Origin: Heterodontus francisci | Lineage: Eukaryota | DNA: 64,000 bases | NCBI RefSeq assembly: GCF_036365525.1 | Contig: NC_090380.1 | Coordinates: 22,889,271-22,953,270, forward strand | Direction: 5' to 3' | In this document: one piece after another, positions 35,230 to 47,361 of the stretch | Layout: each line of letters starts with the position of its first letter | How positions within the stretch are numbered: the stretch's first letter is position 1 | Notes under the pieces: generated by a model | Told to the model about the DNA's origin: nothing | What the model saw: the letters and a program-made list of their open reading frames with translations, nothing else | Databases searched by the model: none | Translations under genes and position numbers: made by a program

Positions 35230-38200
35230 CTGCAAGAAACCTCCTGCTGATTACCACTTACCGGCTTCTCTCAGTTGATGAATCAGTACTCCTCCATGTT
35301 GAACAGCATTTGGAAGAAGCACTGAGGGTGGCAAGGACGTAGAATGTACTCTGGGTGGCGGACTTCAATGCCCATCACCAAGAGTGGCTCAGTAGCAGCA
35401 CTACTGACTGAGCTGGCCAAGTCCTGAAAAACCTATCTAACAGACTGGGCCTGTGGCAGGTGCTGGGGGAACCAACAAGAGGGAAAACCCTACTAGACCT
35501 CGTCCTCACCAGTCTGTCTGTTGCATAGGCATGTGTCCATGATAGGATTGGTAGGAGAGATCACCGCACAATCCTTGTGAAAATGAAGTCCCATCTTCAC
35601 TATGAGGATACCTTCCATGTTCTATGGCACTACCACCATGCGAAATGAGAGATTCAGAACAGATCTGGTAGGTCAAAACTGGGCATCCATGAGGTGCTGT
35701 GGACCTTCAGCAGCAGCAGCAGAATTGTATTCAACCAAAATATGTAACCTCATGGCCCGGCATATTCCTCACTCTACCATTACCATCAGGCCAAGGGATC
35801 AACCCTGGTCTAATAAAGAGTGCAGGAGAGCGTGCCAGGAGCAGCACCAGGCATACCTAAAAATAGGGTGTCAGGCTGGTAAAGCTACAACACAGGACTA
35901 CTTGCATGCCAAACAGCGGAAGCAGCATGCAATAGACAGAGCTAGGTGATCCCACAACCAACAGATCAGATCTAAGTTCTGCAGTCCTGCCACATCCAGT
36001 CGTGAATGGTGGCGGACAATTAAACAACTAACCAGAGGAGCAATCTCCACAAATATCCCCATCTGCAATGATGGAAGAGCCCAGCACATCAGTGCAAAAG
36101 AAAAGGCTGAAGCATTTGCAACAAGCTTCAGCCAGAAGTGCCAAGTGTATGATCCATCTTGGCCTCTTCCTGAGGTCCCAAGCATCACAGATGCCAGTCT
36201 TCAGCGAATTCGATTCACTCCACAAGTATACCGTTTTGGATACTGTTTGAGGGGGGGGGGGATGGCCTATCAGGGGAAAACAACAGCAGCAGCCAGAGCA
36301 GTGGCACCACGGCTGGCACTGTTGTTCAGTAGGGAGGGACAAAGCGCAGAAGAGCAATAAGTTATAGGGGACTCTATAGTCAGGGGCACAGATAGGCGCT
36401 TCTGTGGATGTGAAAGAGACTCCAGGATGGTATGTTGCCTCCCTGGTGCCAGGGTCAAGGATGTATCTGAACGGACAGGGGGCATTCTGAAGGGGGAGGG
36501 GGAACAGCCAGAGGTTGTGGTACACATCGGTACCAACGACATAGGCAGGAAGAGTGACGAGGTCCTGCGGGGGAGTTTAGGGAGTTAGGTAGAAAGTTAA
36601 AAGACAGGACCTCTAGGGTTGTAATCTCAGGATTACTCCCTGTGCCATGTGCCAGTGAGGCTAGAAATAGGAAGATAGTGCAGCTAAACACGTGGCTGAA
36701 CAGCTGGTGTAGGAGGGAGGGTTTCAGATATCTGGACCATTGGGATCTCTTCAGGGACAGATGGGACCTGTACAAGAAGGACGGGTTGCATCTAAACTGG
36801 AGGGGCACAAATATCCTGGCTGCGAGGTTTGCTAGCATCACTCGGGAGGGTTTAAACTAGTGTGGCAGGGGGGTGGGAACCAGAGCAGTAGGACAGCAGG
36901 TGAAATAAATGAGAGGGAACTAGTAAATAAGGCCAGTAAGACTAAGGAAGAGCAGGCAGGGAGATGTTGCTGAGCACAGCGGGACTGGTGGTCTGAAGTG
37001 CATTTGTTTCAATGCGAGAAGTATAACAGGTAAGGCAGATGAACTTAGAGCTTGGATTAGTACTTGGAACTATGATGTTGCTATTACAGAGACTTGGTTG
37101 AGGGAAGGAAAGGATTGGCAGCTAAATGTTCCAGGATTTAGAAGCTTCAGGCGGAATAGAGGGTGATTTAAAAGGGGTGGGGGAGTTGCATTACTGGTTA
37201 AGGAGAATATCACAGCTGTACTGTGGGAGGACACCTCGGAGGGGTCATGCGGCGAGACAATATGGGTGGAGCTCAGGAATAGGAAGGGTGCAGTCACTAT
37301 GTTGGGGTTTACTACAGGCCTCCCAACAGCCAGCGGGAGGTAGAGGAGCAGATATGTAGACAGATTTTGGAAAGATATAAAGGTTGTAGTGGTGGGTGAT
37401 TTTAACTTCCCCTAGATTGACTGGGACTCACTTAGTGCTCGGGGCTTGGATGGGGCAGAATTTGTAAGGAGCATCCAGGAGGGCTTCTTGAAACAATATG
37501 TAGATAGTCCAACTAGGGATGGGGCCGTACTGGACCTGGTATTGGGGAATGAGCCCAGCCAGGTGGTCGAAGTTTCAGTTGGGGTGCATTTCGGGAATAG
37601 TGACCATAATTCCGTACGTTTTAAGGTACTTGTGGATAAGGATAAGAGTAGTCCTCGGGTGAAGGTGCTAAATTGGGGGAAGGCTAATTATAACAATATT
37701 AGGCAGGAACTGAAGAATTTAGATTGGGGGCGGCTGTTTGAGGGTAGATCAACCTTTGACATGTAGGTGTCTTTCAGTTGATTAGAATCCAGGACCAGCA
37801 TGTTCCTGTGAGGAAGGAGGGTAAGTTTGGCAAGTTTTGGGAACCTTGGATAACGCGGGATATTGTGAGCCTAGTCAAAAAGAAAAAGGAAGCATTCGTA
37901 AGGGCTGGAAGGCTGGGAACAGACGAAGCCCCTGAGGAATATCAAGACAGTAGGAAGGAACTTAAGCAAGGAGTCAGGAGGGCTAAAAGGGGTCATGAAA
38001 AGTCATTGGCAAACAGGATTAAGGATAATCCCAAGGCTTTTTCTACAGATATAAAGAGCAAGAGGGTAACCAGGGAAAGGGTTGGACCACTCAAGGACAA
38101 AGGAGGGAATCTATGTGTGGAGCCAGAGGAAATGGGCGAGGTACTAAATGAGTACTTTGCATCAGTATTCACCGAAGAGAAGGACTTGGTGGATGATGAG

Positions 38201-40185
38201 CCGAGGGAAGGGAGTGTAGATAGTCTGGGTCATGTCGTTATCAAAAAGGTGGAGGTGTTGAGTGTCTTGCAAAGCATTAAGGTAGATAAGTCCCCAGGGC
38301 CTGATGGGATCTACCCCAGAATACTGAGGGAGGCAAGGGAAGAAATTGCTGGGGTCTTGACAGAAATTTTTGCATCCTCATTGGCTACAGGTGAGGTCCC
38401 AGAGGACTGGCGAATAGCCAATGTTGTTCCTTTGTTTAAGAAGGGTAACAAGGATAATCCAGGAAATTATAAGCCGGTGAGCCTTACGTCAGTGGTAGGG
38501 AAATTATTAGAGAGGATTCTTCGGGACAGGATTTACTCCCATTTGGAAACAAATGAACTTATTAGCGAGAGGCAGCATGGTTTTGTGAAGGGGAGGTCGT
38601 GTCTCACTAACTTGATTGAGTTTTTTGAGGAAGTGATGAAGATGATTGATGAAGGAAGGGCAGTGGATGTTATCTATATAGACTTCAGTAAAGCCTTTGA
38701 CAAGGTCCCTCATGGCAGACTGATACAAAAGGTGAAGTCACACGGGATCAGAGGTGAGCTGGCAAGATGGATACAGTACTGGCTCAGTCATAGACAGAAG
38801 GTAGCAGTGGAAGGGTGCTTTTCTGAATGGAGTGCTGTGACTAGTGGTGTTCCGCAGGGATCAGTGCTGGGACCTTTGCTGTTTGTAGTATATATAAATG
38901 ATTTGGAGGAAAATGTAGCTGGTCTGATTCGTAAGTTTGCGGAGTGACACAAAGGTTGGTGGGGTTGCGGATAGTGGTGAGGATTGTCAGAGGATACAGC
39001 AGGATATAGATCGGTTGGAGACTTGGGTGGAGAAATGGCAGATGGAGTTTAATGCGGACAAATGTGAGGTAATGCATTTTGGAAGATCTAATACAGGTGG
39101 GAAGTATACAGTAAATGGCAGAACCCTTAGGAGTATTGACAGGCAGAGAGATCTGGGTGTACAGGGCCACAGGTTAGTGAAAGTGGCAACGCAGGTGGAT
39201 AACGTAGTCAAGAAGGCATACGGCATGCTTGCCTTCATTGGTCGGGGCATAGAGTATAAAAATTGGCAAGTCATGCTGCAGCTGCCAGAACTTTAGTTAG
39301 GCCACACTTAGAATATTGCGTGCAATTCTGGTCGCCACACTACCAGAAGGACGTGGAGGCTTTGGAGAGGGTACAGAAGAGGTTTACCAGGATGTTGCCT
39401 GGTCTGGAGTGCATTAGCTATGAGGAGATTGATGGATAAATCCGGATTGTTTTCACTGGAACGACGGAGGTGGAGGGGCGACATGATAGCGGTTTACAAA
39501 GTTATGAGTGGCATGGACAGAGTGGATAGTCAGAAGCTTTTTCCCAGGGTGGAAGAGTCAGTTACTAGGGGACATAATTTTAAGTTGTGAGGGGCACAGT
39601 TTAGAGGGGATGTGCGAGGCAAGTGCTTTACACAGAGGCTGGTGAGTGCCTGGAACTTGCTGCTGGGGGAGGTGGTGGAAGCAGGTACGATAGCGACGTT
39701 TAAGAGGCATCTTGACAAATACATGAATAGGATGGGAATAGAGGGATACGGTCCCCGGAAGTGCAGAAGGTTTTACTTTAGGCAGGCATCATGATTGGCG
39801 CAGGCTTGGAGAGCCGAATGGCCTGTTCCTGTGCTTTTCTGTTCTTTGTTCTTTGAGATCAAGAGACGGCTGAAGGCACTGGATACTGCAAAGGCTATGG
39901 GCCCTAACAACATCCCCGCTGTAGTACTGAAGACTTGTGCTGCAGAGCTAGCCGCGCCCCTAGCCAAGCTGTTGCAGTACAGCTATAACACTGGCATCTA
40001 CCTGACGATGTAGAAAATTACCCAGGTATGTCCTGTCCACAAAAAAGACAAATCCAATCTTGCCAATTACGGCCTGATCAGTCTACTCTTGATCATCAGC
40101 AAAGTGATGGAAGGTGTCATCGACATTGCTATCAAGCGTCACTTAAACAGCAACAGCCTGCTCACTGATGCGCAGTTTAGGTTCC
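35230..40185 (+). mobile_element. Family B CR1-group LINE (endonuclease and RT start) split by a near-full-length CR1
   Basis: DFNAHHQEWL endonuclease motif on the left. KAMGPNNIPAVVLKTCA.ELAAPLAKL and ANY..ISLL..ISKVME on the right. Broken at ttcactccac | tgagatcaag. Confidence 0.78.
36224..39853 (+). mobile_element. Near-full-length CR1 LINE: ORF1 SGNH esterase, ORF2 APE endonuclease and RT (disrupted)
   Basis: ORF1 motifs VIGDSIVRG, VVVHIGTND and DGLHLN. ORF2 motifs NARSI, TETWL, YYRPP, GDFN and SDH, plus the 389-aa RT ORF 37778-38947. (ttctttg)n tail. Several stops and frameshifts. Confidence 0.95.
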
Positions 40186-40449
40186 AGCCTCGATCTTTGG
40201 CAGAAAGGCCAAGGCCTTACCTTCCTGTCTTTGCAAACCTTTACCGACTGACCTCAAAAATATGTCTTTGTTTTTCTTGTGACGTTTTGGGGCATGAGGT
40301 TTAGCAGTTTCATCCTGGCTCTGTTCCTGTCTCTGAGTAGGCCTATAGAGCTGCCAGTTAAGGTTGCTCCTCTGGCATCCAGTACTGGGTGAGCAGATGC
40401 TTCCTCTAACATAGTATTGGAAAGACCAAAGCCATTTTGTTTCTCTTTC

Positions 40450-41220
40450 ATTGTCTTTGGCCTCATCGTTCCCCAGCCACCAGCTACACTCCCCTCTCTG
40501 GCAACTGTCTGAGGCTGAACCAGACCATTTGCAACTTTTGTGTCATATTTGACCCTGAGTTGAGCTTCCAATCACATGTCTGCGCCGTCACTAAGACTGC
40601 CTACTTCCACCTCCGTAACATCGGCTGCCTCCACCCTGTCTCAGTTTTTCTGCTGCTGAAACCTTCATCCATGCCTTTAGACTTGGCTATCCAACGCACT
40701 CCTGGCCAGCCTCCCATCTTCCACCCTTCATAAACTTCAGCTCATCCAAAACATGTACCAAGTCACTTTCACATGCCACTCCTGTGCTTGCTGACTTCCA
40801 TTGGTTCCCGGATGAGCAGCACCTCGATTTTAAAATTCTCGTCCTTACTTTCAAATCCCTCGATGGCTTTGCCCCTCTCTATCTCTGTCACCTTCTCTAG
40901 TCCCAAAACCCTCCGAGATATCTGTGTTTCTCCAATTCAACCTGTTTTGCATTCCAGACTTCAATCGATTCACTATTGGTGGCCATACCTTCAGCTGTCT
41001 GGGTCCAAAGTTCTTGGATTTCTTTCCTAAACCTCTCTGCCTCTCTTTTCCTCCTATAATATGCTCCTTAAAATTTGCTTCTTTAACCAAGCTTTGGTTT
41101 TCTGTCCTAATATCTCCTGATTTGGCTTGGTATCAGATTTTATTTGATAAGACTCCTGGGAAGTGCCTTGGATCATTTTACTGGATTAAAGGTGCTTATG
41201 TTAAAGCAAGTTGTTGTTGC
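40450..41220 (+). mobile_element. L2 LINE 3' portion
   Basis: VIFDPELSF..H...VTKTAYFHLRNI (ORF 40437) and a (gtt)n tail. Confidence 0.82.
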
Positions 41221-41489
41221 TATGGCTCCTGTGAATTTGGACCCCATGAAACTATTTCCTGAAAAGATCAGAATGTTGGTCCCTTCTGTACCCTAAGGTG
41301 TGAATATTTGTTTTTTTTAAACATCTACTATTGTTTGAGGCCGTCAGGACAGACACTTCAGTCTATCATCTGCATCTCATAAAGTGGCTATCCTGAGAAT
41401 CTTGCCTCTTTGAAACTTACCACTTTTGAGTATAAGTCTCCCTTCCGTGATAAAATAACAATCCCACAGCTTAACAGTGATGCTTCAGT

Positions 41490-41795
41490 GCAGTACTGAG
41501 GGAATACTGCACTGTTGGAGGAGCTATCTTTCAGATGAAGCATTAAATCCAGACTGTTTAATAGATATAAATGTATTCATGAGATATCTTTGAAGAAGAG
41601 CAAGGCATTCCTAGGTAACATTCCTCCATCAACCAACATCACCAGATATAGACTAACTTTTCATTTATCTCATTTGAAAAACCTTGCTTTGCACAAATTG
41701 CATGCAGTATTTGCCTACATAACAGTGTCTGCACTCAAAAGTACTTCTTTGGTTGGGAAGCACTTTGGGATCTGGTAAGACGTTATATAAATGGT
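41490..41795 (+). mobile_element. DeuSINE, degenerate
   Basis: cagtgcagtactgagggaatactgcactgttggaggagctatctttcagatga Deu-like domain plus the tail. Confidence 0.7.
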
Positions 41796-42005
41796 AATGT
41801 GCTAAATAAATGTTCCTGTGACAAATCATCTGAATGAACTATAAATTGGCCATTGTGGTGAAGCAGTATGAATTTGCACTTGTAGCAGAGAGCTCATCCA
41901 AATGTGCAGAACTGTTGCTGATCGTCCTGTTTCATGGTGTTGTGTCAACCCTGTTGGATATTGTCAGGCAGATTGAGTTTTATGTGCCGACTGTTCTCTG
42001 TACAG

Positions 42006-42168
42006 GTTTCTGGAAAGCCAGTTGTCCCCCGTCTTGCGCCAGCCCACTTTTAGTCTTTGTCAACTCTAAAAGTGGAGACAATCAGGGAGTCAAGTTCCTG
42101 CGAAGGTTCAAGCAGTTGTTAAATCCAGCTCAGGTCTTCGATCTCATGAATGGAGGTCCTCATCTTGG
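42006..42168 (+). CDS. DGKH: DGK-eta-like exon: start of catalytic DAGKc subdomain
   Basis: tgtacag|GT...CTTGG|gtaagg. Encodes (G)[53 protein letters not shown](G). 163 nt, phase 1 to 2. Confidence 0.93.
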
Positions 42169-42774
42169 GTAAGGAAGATTTTGAAAATATTTTCAGCTGA
42201 ACTGATGTAGGACCTATTCTGTAAATGCATGTCTGTCCATGTGACAGTTAATGATTTCCCACAGAATATTTACTTTGTTATAAAGCTACTTAGAAATAGG
42301 ATGGTTCTGCTGTCCGCCAGTGTAACCTCGGAGGGTGGAACTTTGCAGAACCCCAGCTTTGCTGGCTGTGTACTTGGAAAGGTTAAATGCCCCTTTGCGT
42401 GTGAAGGTCCATATCTTTCAAGATCACGAATTTGTGAAATCAGCAACATGCAGTTGAGTATATATATTTTTTTTAAAGTGTAGTTCCTATTTTGATAAGC
42501 AAGTTTCATTAGTGTCTCAGTTTTGGTTTTCCATGCGCATACTGAGCTGCCCCAGCTTCTGGGACTTCCTGTGATTGTGCAGAGAGACTGCCATCATTTG
42601 TGTGGCAATGAGCGTTTCACACTGGGCTGAAGGTTGATGATGAGCCCTAGGTGTTTTCCGAACAGCCTTCCATTCTCACAACAGCATTGAATCTTGGGAA
42701 CTTCCATTTAACATTAGGCAGGTTTTATTCGAATCTCTGTCATGCTATATAATAGTAGAGTTGGTCTTTCGATA

Positions 42775-42958
42775 AACAAAATACTATGGATGCTGGAAAT
42801 CAGCAATAAAAGCAGAAAATACTGGAAATGCTCAGCGGGTCTGGCAGCATCAAGTTGATGATGAAAGATCATCCTAACTGACCTAGAATGTTAACTCTGT
42901 TTCTTTCTCCACAGATTCTGCCTGACCTGCTGAGTATTTACTGAATTTTCTGTTTTGG
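42775..42958. mobile_element. Penelope-like terminal repeat in inverted (hairpin) arrangement
   Basis: cagaaaatactggaaatgctcagcgggtctggcagcatc is complementary to gattctgcctgacctgctgagtatttactgaattttctg. A decayed hammerhead lies in the spacer. Confidence 0.65.
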
Positions 42959-42995
42959 TCTTTTTCATAAGTGTTTTTTTTTCTCTTTTTTACAG

Positions 42996-43104
42996 TTTAC
43001 GATTGTTTCAAAAATTTGACAATTTCCGCATTCTGGTTTGCGGAGGAGATGGAAGCGTTGGATGGGTTTTATCTGAGATTGATAAACTAAACCTACATAA
43101 GCAG
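42996..43104 (+). CDS. DGKH: DGK-eta-like exon: DAGKc with GGDG ATP-binding motif
   Basis: Long polypyrimidine tract, then tacag|T...AAGCAG|gtgaga. Encodes [36 protein letters not shown]. 109 nt, phase 2 to 0. Confidence 0.93.
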
Positions 43105-43994
43105 GTGAGAAACTGTCAGGTAAACTAAATCTACATGAACAGCTCCAGAAACCTCATGCAAACGTAATGCTATCAAACAGCATTCAGGCTATTTTTTTGG
43201 GGGATCTTCTGAATTGGCTACTTCACATGTATGAATCCTGGCTGGCAGACACTTTTTTAAATGTCTCACTTTAACATTGATGTATAATAAATTGGCTACA
43301 GATTACTTGCTATTTTATATTTTGTTCACAAGTACAAACTATCATGATAAAGTAGTCAGGATAAAGAGTGGTAAGGAGCAGCTTTTCTGGGAAAATGATT
43401 GTGCAATACAATGCCGCAGCATACCGGGATCCTGGAGCAATATGTTCAGGCATGAAATTACATCCCGTACTGTTAGATCATATCAATTTTCAGTTGCAGG
43501 GAAAGGCCATTATGCCAAAATAATCTATCCCTTATTTACAGATCAATCCTATCTACCCACCTTTTCATCATATCCCTCAATCAGTTTTCCTGCAAGAAAA
43601 GCATCTCATTGCCTGTTTCACTTCAATAATCTTCCTGAGTAACCTGTTCCACAACTCTGTGCAGTAAATTTCCATTTCTCTCGCTGTTAAGCATTCCCTG
43701 GGTGGAGTGGTGACAGAATGACCTGATGGGGAAAATCGTTGCCTCTCCCAGAACCCAGTAGATTTTCTAGCCATTCATTTTACCATTATTTATCCACATC
43801 TAATTGATACCCGTTGGCCCAGTTAGCCAAGAGATCTAAGTCCAGATGCATTGTTTCTCATTTTCGGCCCTGTCTGCTATATTGAAATCATTCACAGATT
43901 TGGAGCTTTTAGTTCATATATCATCCAAATTAATAATATAATACAAATGGCCTTCCCGCCATCATAAGTGCTGTAAGTACCCATAAGAAATGGG

Positions 43995-44925
43995 AATGTT
44001 CGCTGATGATTACAGAGTGTTCAATTCCATTCGCACCAGATAATAAAGCAGTCTGTGCTCACATGCAGCAAGACCTCACAGAATCGTTACAGTACAGAAG
44101 GAAGCCATTCGGCCCATCGTGTACGCACTGGCTCGCTGGACAACATTCAGGCTTGGGCTGATAAGTGGCAAGTAACATTCAAGCCACACAAGTGCCAGGC
44201 AATGACCATCTCCAACAAGAGAGAATCTGACCATCTCCTTTTGACATTCAATGGCATTACCATAGTTGAATTCCCCCACCATCAACATCCTGGGGGTCAT
44301 CATTGACCAGAAACTAAACTGGACCAGCCGCATAAATACTGTGGCTATAAGAGCAGGTCAGAGGCTGTGTCTTCTCAGCCTCCTGGCTCCCCAAAGCCTT
44401 TCCACCATCTACAAGACGCAAGTCAAGAGTGTGATGGAATACTCTCCACTTGCCTGGATGGATGCAGCTCCAACAACACACAAGAAGCTGGGCACCATCC
44501 AGGACAAAACAGCCTGCTTGATTGATCCACCAACTTAAATATTCACTCCTCCACCACCGGTGCACCATGTTTGGAGTGCGTACCATCTACAAGATGCATT
44601 GCAACAACTTGCCAAAGCTTCTTTGACAGCACCTTCCAAACCTGCGACCTCTACCTCCAGAAGAACACGGGCAATAGGCATATGAAACACCTCTGCCTGC
44701 AAGTTCTCCTCCAAGTCACACACCATGCTGACTTGGAAATATATCGCTGTTCCTTCACTGTCACCTGAGTCAAAATCCTGGTACTCCCTCCCTAACAGCA
44801 CTGTAGGTGTATCAACACCACACAGATTACAGTGGTTCAAGAAGATTGGGCAATTAGGGATGGGAAACAAATGTTGGCCTTGCCTAACCCTCATCACATG
44901 AACAAATGAATTAAATAAATAAATA
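43995..44925 (+). mobile_element. Family B CR1-group LINE 3' end
   Basis: MFADD motif, ORF 44266 (ILGVIIDQKLNW..IYKTQVKSVMEYS), tail gggcaattagggatggg...gaattaaataaataaat. Confidence 0.82.
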
Positions 44926-44993
44926 GAGTGAGCCAAGACCAATACATGGGATAGAGCCTCTTCCCAGCTACAAAAAACGTCCATTGATCCCCA

Positions 44994-46844
44994 GGGCTGG
45001 ATTTTTGTTAGAGATGGGAAACAGGAGCTGGGTCTGGTTTTGGGTCAGAAACCCACCTCCTGTGGGGAAACTAATTGAGATTGCAATTTTCAAACGGGTA
45101 AGCTCTTAATTAGTATGGAGAGGATACAGGGATAGGCACCAATACGTTGCACTATGGACATTTGACAAAATTATTGGGTTAGCCACGAACATGAGGAAAA
45201 TGAATCTGTATATAAAGTATATAGCCAACTTAATGCCTTCAAAACACAGTCTGATTTAACACACATTTCTTCCTATTTAGTGAGATACCGAGAGTTGTTT
45301 TTGTTTTCCGTCCCCTCTTGCTTCTCCTCTTAGCTCCTCCAATGAGCTGGCTCCTTCAAGGTCCTCATTGTCCTGAAGATCTACACCCCCCTCGGAAGTC
45401 TATGTAATGGAGAGCACAGCAGACCACCGCATGATCAAGATCCTTGCAGGAGGGTATTGGAGGGTGCCAGCTGACTGATCCAGGCACCGAAATTGCATCT
45501 TCAGAAACCCAATGGCCTGCTTAATGGTTGCCCTGCTGAGCAGGTGGCCTTAGTTGTTTCACCTCTGTCTGGGTCTCCCGTAGAGGGTTCGGTAGCCATC
45601 TCATCAAGGGATTTTCCTTGTCCCCTTGAATCCGTCCAAGCACTTTGGGATATGGAGTGAAGTACCAAGGCAGCCTGGATTGGCAGAGGACGAAGGAGTC
45701 ATGGCAGCTGCCAGGAAAGCGAGTGCACACATGACAGAAGCTCTTGTTATAGTCGCAGGCCAGTTGGACGTTGAGGGAGTGGAAGCCCTTCCTGTTGATG
45801 GATCTCATTGGCTGGTCGCTGGGTGCCTTCATGACCATATGGGCACAAGCGATAATGCCCTGTATCTAGGCTATCCAGCAATGGAGGCAATGCCCTCTGT
45901 GCCTGCGCAGGCCCATCTGTGTCAAAGTGGATGCAGTCCCCTCCCCTCCTGAAAGTGACCTGCCTGATGGCCTGATGAGCTGTTGACTGCGTAATGCCAC
46001 CTAGATCCACAGCTGATCCCTGGAATGATCCATTGCATAGAAATTCAGGGCGATGGTGACCTTGACGGTTGCAAGTAGGGAACTGCCATGGGGGCTGTGA
46101 GGCCTTAGGTCATTTTGGTCATAGCACACAGGTCCAAGACCACATGCCTGGATAAGCACAGGCTCCTTTGGCACTGGTGCTCTGTCATTTGCAGTTAATT
46201 GACTCTTGGGCTGTGCACCCTATGTAGTGCCTTCCTCCCCTTGACGACCCTACTGTGCTACCCTGGCCTCCTGCTGTCCGGGAGGTTGCATCTGCTGCCA
46301 TCTTGGATGCTTTGCCCAATGTCAGAGTAGTCTGTTCCCATTCAAGCTCCCTCAGCTGGGCTTTGTGCATTCATCATGGCTTCCCCTGCCGACCTCAGCT
46401 GTCCAAGTGTTGCCAGTGGCGTAATGTCCCATCCGGATTCCTGCCACTCACCACTGAGAAAAACAAGTCTCACAGTTCCAGAAGTGGCCACTCTGTGGCA
46501 CTTTTGAAGCAGCTGCGCTTTACTTTATGCCTCTGCAATATTTTAATCATCCCTTCCCATAGTCCTCATGGCCCACTGCAGTGTTCCCCACATGGCGTCC
46601 TGCATGGTCCCAGCTTTTGAAAATTAAAAACTGCTGTTGACAAATCTGTTAAAAAGCTCTTCAGTGAACTCGACAGGCACGTAATTGGAGGCGTGCGCCC
46701 TACCTGTTCCCTCCATTCGGGCGTCCCTTTAAAAATGGTGTTGTTTTCCGGAGGCGGCAGGTCCCAGCGCCGACCTCAGAATACAATCTTCAAATCACAC
46801 TCACCTCCATACCCGCACTCAGCGGGCTTTATAAATCCGACCCC
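44994..46844 (-). mobile_element. PIF/Harbinger DNA transposon remnant with a HARBI1-like transposase pseudogene
   Basis: ORF 45521-45838 (NRKGFHSLNVQLACD...RFPGSCHDSFVL...GDK) and 45747-46010 (DLGGITQSTAHQAIRQVT). Terminal inverted repeats gggctggatttt / ataaatccgacccc. Confidence 0.85.
45127..45295 (+). mobile_element. Left end of the hAT element family, nested in the Harbinger remnant
   Basis: cagggataggcaccaatacgttgcactatggacatttgacaaaatt matches 17999-18165. Confidence 0.75.
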
Positions 46845-46989
46845 TAATTTCTGTGACCTGGTTTTAAGCCCGTTTTCTGTCCAATGCAATATTTAACCTC
46901 TTATTGTGGGACTTCATATTTTAAGCATTAAACACCAATGTGGAAACATATGAAAATCGAAGTATACATTAACTGCTTTTCTCCTCTTT

Positions 46990-47361
46990 CTCATTCTTTC
47001 ATGGGATGTGGGCATTACTGGCAGGCCAGCATTTGTTGCCCATCCCTAATTGCCCTTGAACTGAGTGGCTTGCTAGGCCATTTCAGAGGACAGTTAAGAG
47101 TCAACCACATTGCTGTGAGTCTGGAATCACATGTAGGCCAGACCAGTTAAGGGCAGCAGATTTCCTTCTCTAAAGGACATTAGTGAACCAGATGGGTTTT
47201 TATGACAATTGATGATAGTTTCATGGCACCATTACTGAGACTAGCTTTCAATTCCAGGTTTTTATTAATTGAATTTAAATTTGAATCCATGTCCCCAGGA
47301 CTTTAGCCTTGGGTCTCTGGATTACTGGTGTGTGACATTACCACCACACCACCATCTCCCC
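46990..47361 (-). mobile_element. tRNA-derived SINE with a MER131-like central domain and a family B LINE tail
   Basis: Reverse complement: head gggagatggtggtgtggtggtaatg...ggattcaaa, core ggttcactaatgtcctttagagaaggaaatctg, tail gggcaattagggatgggcaacaaatgctggcc. Confidence 0.72.

Noticed and set aside
37778-38947. Active autonomous LINE
   Set aside because: The frame is lost at the FADD motif (KFAE*), and there are stops and frameshifts in the endonuclease and ORF1.
41834-42005. ORF extension upstream of the DAGKc exon as extra coding sequence
   Set aside because: DGK homology starts exactly at the tacag| acceptor (42006), and the phase matches the previous exon.
45521-46010. Domesticated HARBI1 gene
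   Set aside because: Frameshifted and degenerate, and flanked by transposon termini, so it is a TE fossil.
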